Below are positions 39,761 through 42,491 of a stretch of DNA of 42,491 bases, piece after piece. The stretch is from a virus. Each line of letters starts with the position of its first letter. Position 1 is the first letter of the stretch. The stretch lies in IMG/VR virus record IMGVR_UViG_3300045988_020338, positions 1 through 42,491 of that record; one strand, given 5' to 3'. The notes beneath the pieces are model-generated. The model searched no databases. It worked only from the letters and a program-made list of their open reading frames with translations, and was not told where the DNA came from. The position numbers and the translations under genes were made by a program.

Positions 39761-40336
39761 TTACTTAATTACGGCGAGTTTTCTAATGAGGTCATCGCCG
39801 TACTGATATTTTTCAAGGTAGTCCATTGTGCCGTCCGTCAGCCCCGCGCGCTTTTGCAGTATCGCGCGGTAGCTCTCTTCGTACTTCGGGCGATATGCGC
39901 CCACCACGAGCGAGAGCTTGCGCTTGCGGCGATACACGCCGTCTCCGTTGGACTGGCTGCCCGTGTTGCCGTTCGACGTGTTGCCCTCGATGGCCGTCAC
40001 GTACTGGCCGCCTACGCTCTCGCAGATGCCCGTATGGTCGGTCTTGACCTTCGTGTTGGGAAAGTCGTAGATCAGCACGTCGCCCGGTTGATAGCCCTTT
40101 GTGACCCACTGACCGTGCGCTTTCGCGTAGTTCATCAGCTCGCCGCAGCTCGCGGTCTTCCCGCCGCCGTAGAAGAGCCGCTTATCCACCTGCTGGAAGC
40201 ACCACCATACAAATTGCATACACCAGTACACGCCGTTCAGGCCGTAGGCTTTGCCATACTTCTGACGGTTACCCGGCTGCTCCACCGTGCCAATCTCCTT
40301 GCGTGCGATGGCAAGGATGTCAGTTGCCCGCGCCAT
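39761..40336 (-). CDS. CHAP-domain endolysin
   Basis: Trimmed to ATG 40336 (GGGAGGTG upstream). ...NRQKYGKAYGLNGVYWCMQFVWWCF... (catalytic Cys) and ...DHTGICESVGGQYVTAIEGNTS (His) form the CHAP signature. Follows the holins. Confidence 0.85.
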   Translation of the reverse strand: MARATDILAIARKEIGTVEQPGNRQKYGKAYGLNGVYWCMQFVWWCFQQVDKRLFYGGGKTASCGELMNYAKAHGQWVTKGYQPGDVLIYDFPNTKVKTDHTGICESVGGQYVTAIEGNTSNGNTGSQSNGDGVYRRKRKLSLVVGAYRPKYEESYRAILQKRAGLTDGTMDYLEKYQYGDDLIRKLAVIK

Positions 40337-40544
40337 TGTCTTCACCTCCCACCGCGTCCTGCACCTTCTGGCTCTGCGTGCCGAAGTAAAACGCGATGAT
40401 GACCGCGTAGATGGTCATAAAGTCTTGACTGATGTTGCTCGTGACCGCCATGTACGCGAATACGCCAGTCAGCACCAGTGTCACGATGCTCTTGACGCTC
40501 ATGAGGTTTGCGATACGCTTGATGATCCTTTCGTTCATAGTCAT
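40320..40544 (-). CDS. Holin (two TM helices)
   Basis: 74 aa, ATGA overlap. MSVKSIVTLVLTGVFAYMAV...MTIYAVIIAFYFG. Confidence 0.7.
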   Translation of the reverse strand: MTMNERIIKRIANLMSVKSIVTLVLTGVFAYMAVTSNISQDFMTIYAVIIAFYFGTQSQKVQDAVGGEDNGAGN

Positions 40545-40735
40545 TCGTCCTTTCCCTTAATTTTGATTCCCGCCAGTAAGCCGAGCTCTGCCGTCCACGC
40601 GGCGAACCATGCCACCGTCAGGCTGTCCGGTACGGCCTTGTCAAAGGCCGTCAGTACAAGTGCCGCGACGCAGTACCAGCAGAGATTCACGACCGCTGCG
40701 ATGAGATACTTGTCCCGCTTTCGGAGTTTCTTCAT
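40541..40735 (-). CDS. Holin-like small membrane protein (two TM helices)
   Basis: Track ORF 40541..40981 trimmed to ATG 40735 (ATGA overlap with the XhlA stop). MKKLRKRDKYLIAAVVNLCWYCVAALVLTAF...LTVAWFAAWTAELGLLAGIKIKGKDE. Confidence 0.65.
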   Translation of the reverse strand: MKKLRKRDKYLIAAVVNLCWYCVAALVLTAFDKAVPDSLTVAWFAAWTAELGLLAGIKIKGKDE

Positions 40736-41034
40736 GCCATTCCTCCCGCGATGATCCACGCCACGAACGCGCCCACCAGCGCGGCGAGCAGCTTGTCCAC
40801 GACGCTGTCCCACCGCTTCCCGGCTTTCCCCGTGATGGTCTTCACGTCCTCCTTGATCTCCTTGACGTCGCCTTCCACGGTCTCTTGTTTTGTGGTCAAG
40901 ACCTCGACCGAGGTCACCAGCCTGTCCAGCGCCACCTGATGTTCCGTGAGTTCGTTGATTCGATGCGTATTGCTCTTGCATCGGCTTTCGATCAGCGCGA
41001 TCTCTGCGTCATCGTAGTGCTTTGCATTATCCAT
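40732..41034 (-). CDS. XhlA-family (haemolysin XhlA-like) lysis-associated membrane protein
   Basis: 100 aa. IALIESRCKSNTHRINELTEHQVALDRL..., then C-terminal TM LLAALVGAFVAWIIAGG. Confidence 0.7.
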   Translation of the reverse strand: MDNAKHYDDAEIALIESRCKSNTHRINELTEHQVALDRLVTSVEVLTTKQETVEGDVKEIKEDVKTITGKAGKRWDSVVDKLLAALVGAFVAWIIAGGMA

Positions 41035-41058
41035 ATCCCGCTCCCTTTCTGCGGCGTA

Positions 41059-41859
41059 TTACGCCGCCTTGAAATAGTTCCCCACCAGCTCGTGCGGCAG
41101 ATATTGCAGCGTGATCTTCCCGCCCGCAGCCTCGCCCGTGCGCTCGCAGAGGTACACCTTGCCGTCCTCGCCGTCGAGGTAGTACTTGCCGTACTCGTAC
41201 TCCATGCCGCGGCTCGCCGGGATGGGGTCTGCCTGCGTGCCTGCGTGCTCGGCGTCGATGACCGCCCAGAGGGCCGGGGTCTTGTCCGGCGTCCAGTCGG
41301 CCTGCGAGGTATGCGCCTGACGGCACTTGTGCACCTTGCCGCCGTAGCTTCTGCGGTCGCCCTCAGCGTAATCAACGGGGTACGCCCATGCCGTGATGAG
41401 TTCCGGCACGCTTGCCGCCTCGCCGTCGCTCAGGCTGACCGCTGCCTGCTCGATAATGGGGCGCAGCTCCACCGCGCGGGCGTACGTGACCGGCTCACCC
41501 GCAAGGGCGGTGACGGTCGCTTTGGCGCTTTCCGTTTCCGTAGGCTTGCCCATCTTGATAGATACCGTGCCGTCGCGGTGGTCGGTGATTGCGCCCGACA
41601 GGCTGTACGCGCTGTTGTCCCACTCGTTGACGACCTCCTTGGTCTCGCCCGTGGGATTGCCGTCGTTGTCGAGCTTGTCCACCGTCTCGCGCTGGACGAT
41701 GCTCCACGGCGTGTTGTCTGGTAGCAGCGCCGCGACCTCGGCGGTGGTCATCGTGAGCGTGATGGTCTTGGTGTCGCGCTCACCCCACGCGCGGTCTTTG
41801 GGGTTGCCGGAGATCTCTGCGGGGTATTCGGTGTTGTTGACTTTGATGTATGTTGCCAT
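41059..41859 (-). CDS. Fibre-associated protein with CBM5/12-like carbohydrate-binding motif
   Basis: 266 aa. WAYPVDYAEGDRRSYGGKVHKCRQAHTSQADWTPDKTPALWAVI matches the W..Y..GD.V.Y.G..Y.C...H.S...W.P....LW chitin-binding-type pattern. Confidence 0.65.
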   Translation of the reverse strand: MATYIKVNNTEYPAEISGNPKDRAWGERDTKTITLTMTTAEVAALLPDNTPWSIVQRETVDKLDNDGNPTGETKEVVNEWDNSAYSLSGAITDHRDGTVSIKMGKPTETESAKATVTALAGEPVTYARAVELRPIIEQAAVSLSDGEAASVPELITAWAYPVDYAEGDRRSYGGKVHKCRQAHTSQADWTPDKTPALWAVIDAEHAGTQADPIPASRGMEYEYGKYYLDGEDGKVYLCERTGEAAGGKITLQYLPHELVGNYFKAA

Positions 41860-41874
41860 AGTTTCACTCCTTTA

Positions 41875-42491
41875 TTATTTTGGCGGGCGTTCCTGGAGGC
41901 GACAGCCGATGCTGTCGTTCGAGTTCCACGCTCTGTCGCAGTCGACGTAGAACGGACCGTGACCCTGGTACTGGTTATAGTCACCGCCATGGCGCAGGCA
42001 CGGGAAACTACCGCCGAAATTCCAGTAATCCGGGACATAGGTCGTTGTACTGCCGTTTGCAGCACTCGGATACAGCGCCCACTCAAGACCACTTGCCGTC
42101 GGGATGGCAAAGTCGCTCGGATAACCGCCCGTGGGCCTACCGACAAGCGTACCGTTCGCGTTGTCGCTGAAGTTGTTGGGATTGCTGATGACATTCAGGC
42201 CGTTATTGTTGTAATAGCAGCCATCCATCCAGTCATAAACATTGTCCCACCAGCCTTCGATGTTGCGATACTGCGTGAAGCCGTAGCTGTCGCGGCTTGC
42301 TGCGGTCGTACCGGTGTGATAGCCCATCGCGTCGGTCTGACCGTTGTTCATCTTGGAGCCGCTCGTAGAGCAGCCTCGGCCGATGCGCTCGCCATTCCAG
42401 TCGGCAAACTCCACGAGGAACAGCATATTCACATACCAGAACTGAGCAAAGTCCATCTGCCAGAAGTTAGCGCCGAGGTTATGAATACCGC
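41875..42491 (-). CDS. Tail fibre / receptor-binding protein, C-terminal part (continuation of 1..1220; the last 55 nt duplicate bases 1-55)
   Basis: ...NIEGWWDNVYDWMDGCYYNNNG...GGSFPCLRHGGDYNQYQGHGPFYV... resembles the C-type-lectin/FGE-like fold motif (GNVWEW-type). In frame with the hand-translated N-terminal part across the junction. Confidence 0.75.
   Translation of the reverse strand, partial: GIHNLGANFWQMDFAQFWYVNMLFLVEFADWNGERIGRGCSTSGSKMNNGQTDAMGYHTGTTAASRDSYGFTQYRNIEGWWDNVYDWMDGCYYNNNGLNVISNPNNFSDNANGTLVGRPTGGYPSDFAIPTASGLEWALYPSAANGSTTTYVPDYWNFGGSFPCLRHGGDYNQYQGHGPFYVDCDRAWNSNDSIGCRLQERPPK
42437..42491. repeat. Terminal direct repeat, right copy (identical to 1..55)
   Basis: Exact 55/55 identity with the first 55 bases. 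Confidence 0.95.

Noticed and set aside
40736-40981. N-terminal 82 codons of the 146-aa ORF 40541..40981.
   Set aside because: This portion is Arg/Gly/Gln-rich and fully overlaps the XhlA-like gene. Only the last 64 codons, from the ATGA junction at 40735, form a credible two-TM holin.
1-42491. tRNA, tmRNA and rRNA genes, and transposase or IS elements.
   Set aside because: I saw no T-loop/acceptor-type signatures (GGTTCGAATCC-like) outside coding frames, no rRNA-like segments and no transposase-like ORFs. A tRNAscan or Infernal run would still be needed to exclude small RNAs formally.

Overview
The window is a complete, circularly closed genome of a temperate tailed phage or excised prophage. 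The first 55 nt are identical to the last 55 nt, so the unique length is 42,436 nt. Morphogenesis genes are siphovirus-type. The backbone is GC-rich, and many protein motifs resemble those of gut Clostridia (Oscillospiraceae-like) prophages; this host call is inference only.

I support about 85 genes. Nearly all are on the minus strand and tightly packed, with 1-, 4- and 8-nt stop/start overlaps. Order along the minus strand (decreasing coordinates):
- Early region: cro-like HTH (31622), an unknown 197-aa protein, a ~620-nt repeat-rich non-coding field, two mini-ORFs, DNA methyltransferase, 3D-domain wall enzyme, Zn-ribbon protein, YqaJ exonuclease, RecT, SSB, DUF4373 replication organiser, loader-like protein, Cys-rich proteins, DUF1064, small HTH proteins, a frameshifted HNH-like gene, ASCH, Lar, a DUF2829 (Tad2-like) protein and a RinA-like late activator.
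- A ~640-nt ORF-free, highly self-complementary region.
- Packaging and head: TerS, TerL, portal, a basic protein, DUF4417, minor head protein, scaffold, and a major capsid protein with a C-terminal Ig-like domain.
- Tail: connector proteins, major tail protein, two chaperones, tape measure protein, tail tip proteins, a collagen-like fibre, and a 593-aa receptor-binding fibre that wraps through the window ends.
- Lysis: CBM5/12-like protein, XhlA, two holins and a CHAP endolysin.
- After lysis: a sigma-region-4-like protein with a terminator, then a nine-gene cargo cluster of low-complexity, membrane and Cys-rich proteins.
- A convergent GC hairpin, which is a bidirectional terminator and an attP candidate.

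The plus strand carries only a few genes: the large serine integrase preceded by a membrane-anchored HTH protein, an AT-rich three-gene operon (coiled-coil Mrr-type nuclease, HTH, TM peptide), and a Zn-ribbon/DUF4352 moron inserted antisense inside the tail module.

No tRNA, rRNA, CRISPR array or transposase was seen.

Most promising for novelty:
1. The lysogeny-side nuclease operon and its convergent small-gene pair.
2. The 640-nt structured RNA candidate upstream of terS.
3. The repeat field with an OOP-like antisense sRNA candidate.
4. The post-lysis cargo cluster.
5. A face-to-face promoter switch with two different palindromic operators.

All family assignments come from reading motifs by eye. 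No database search was run.
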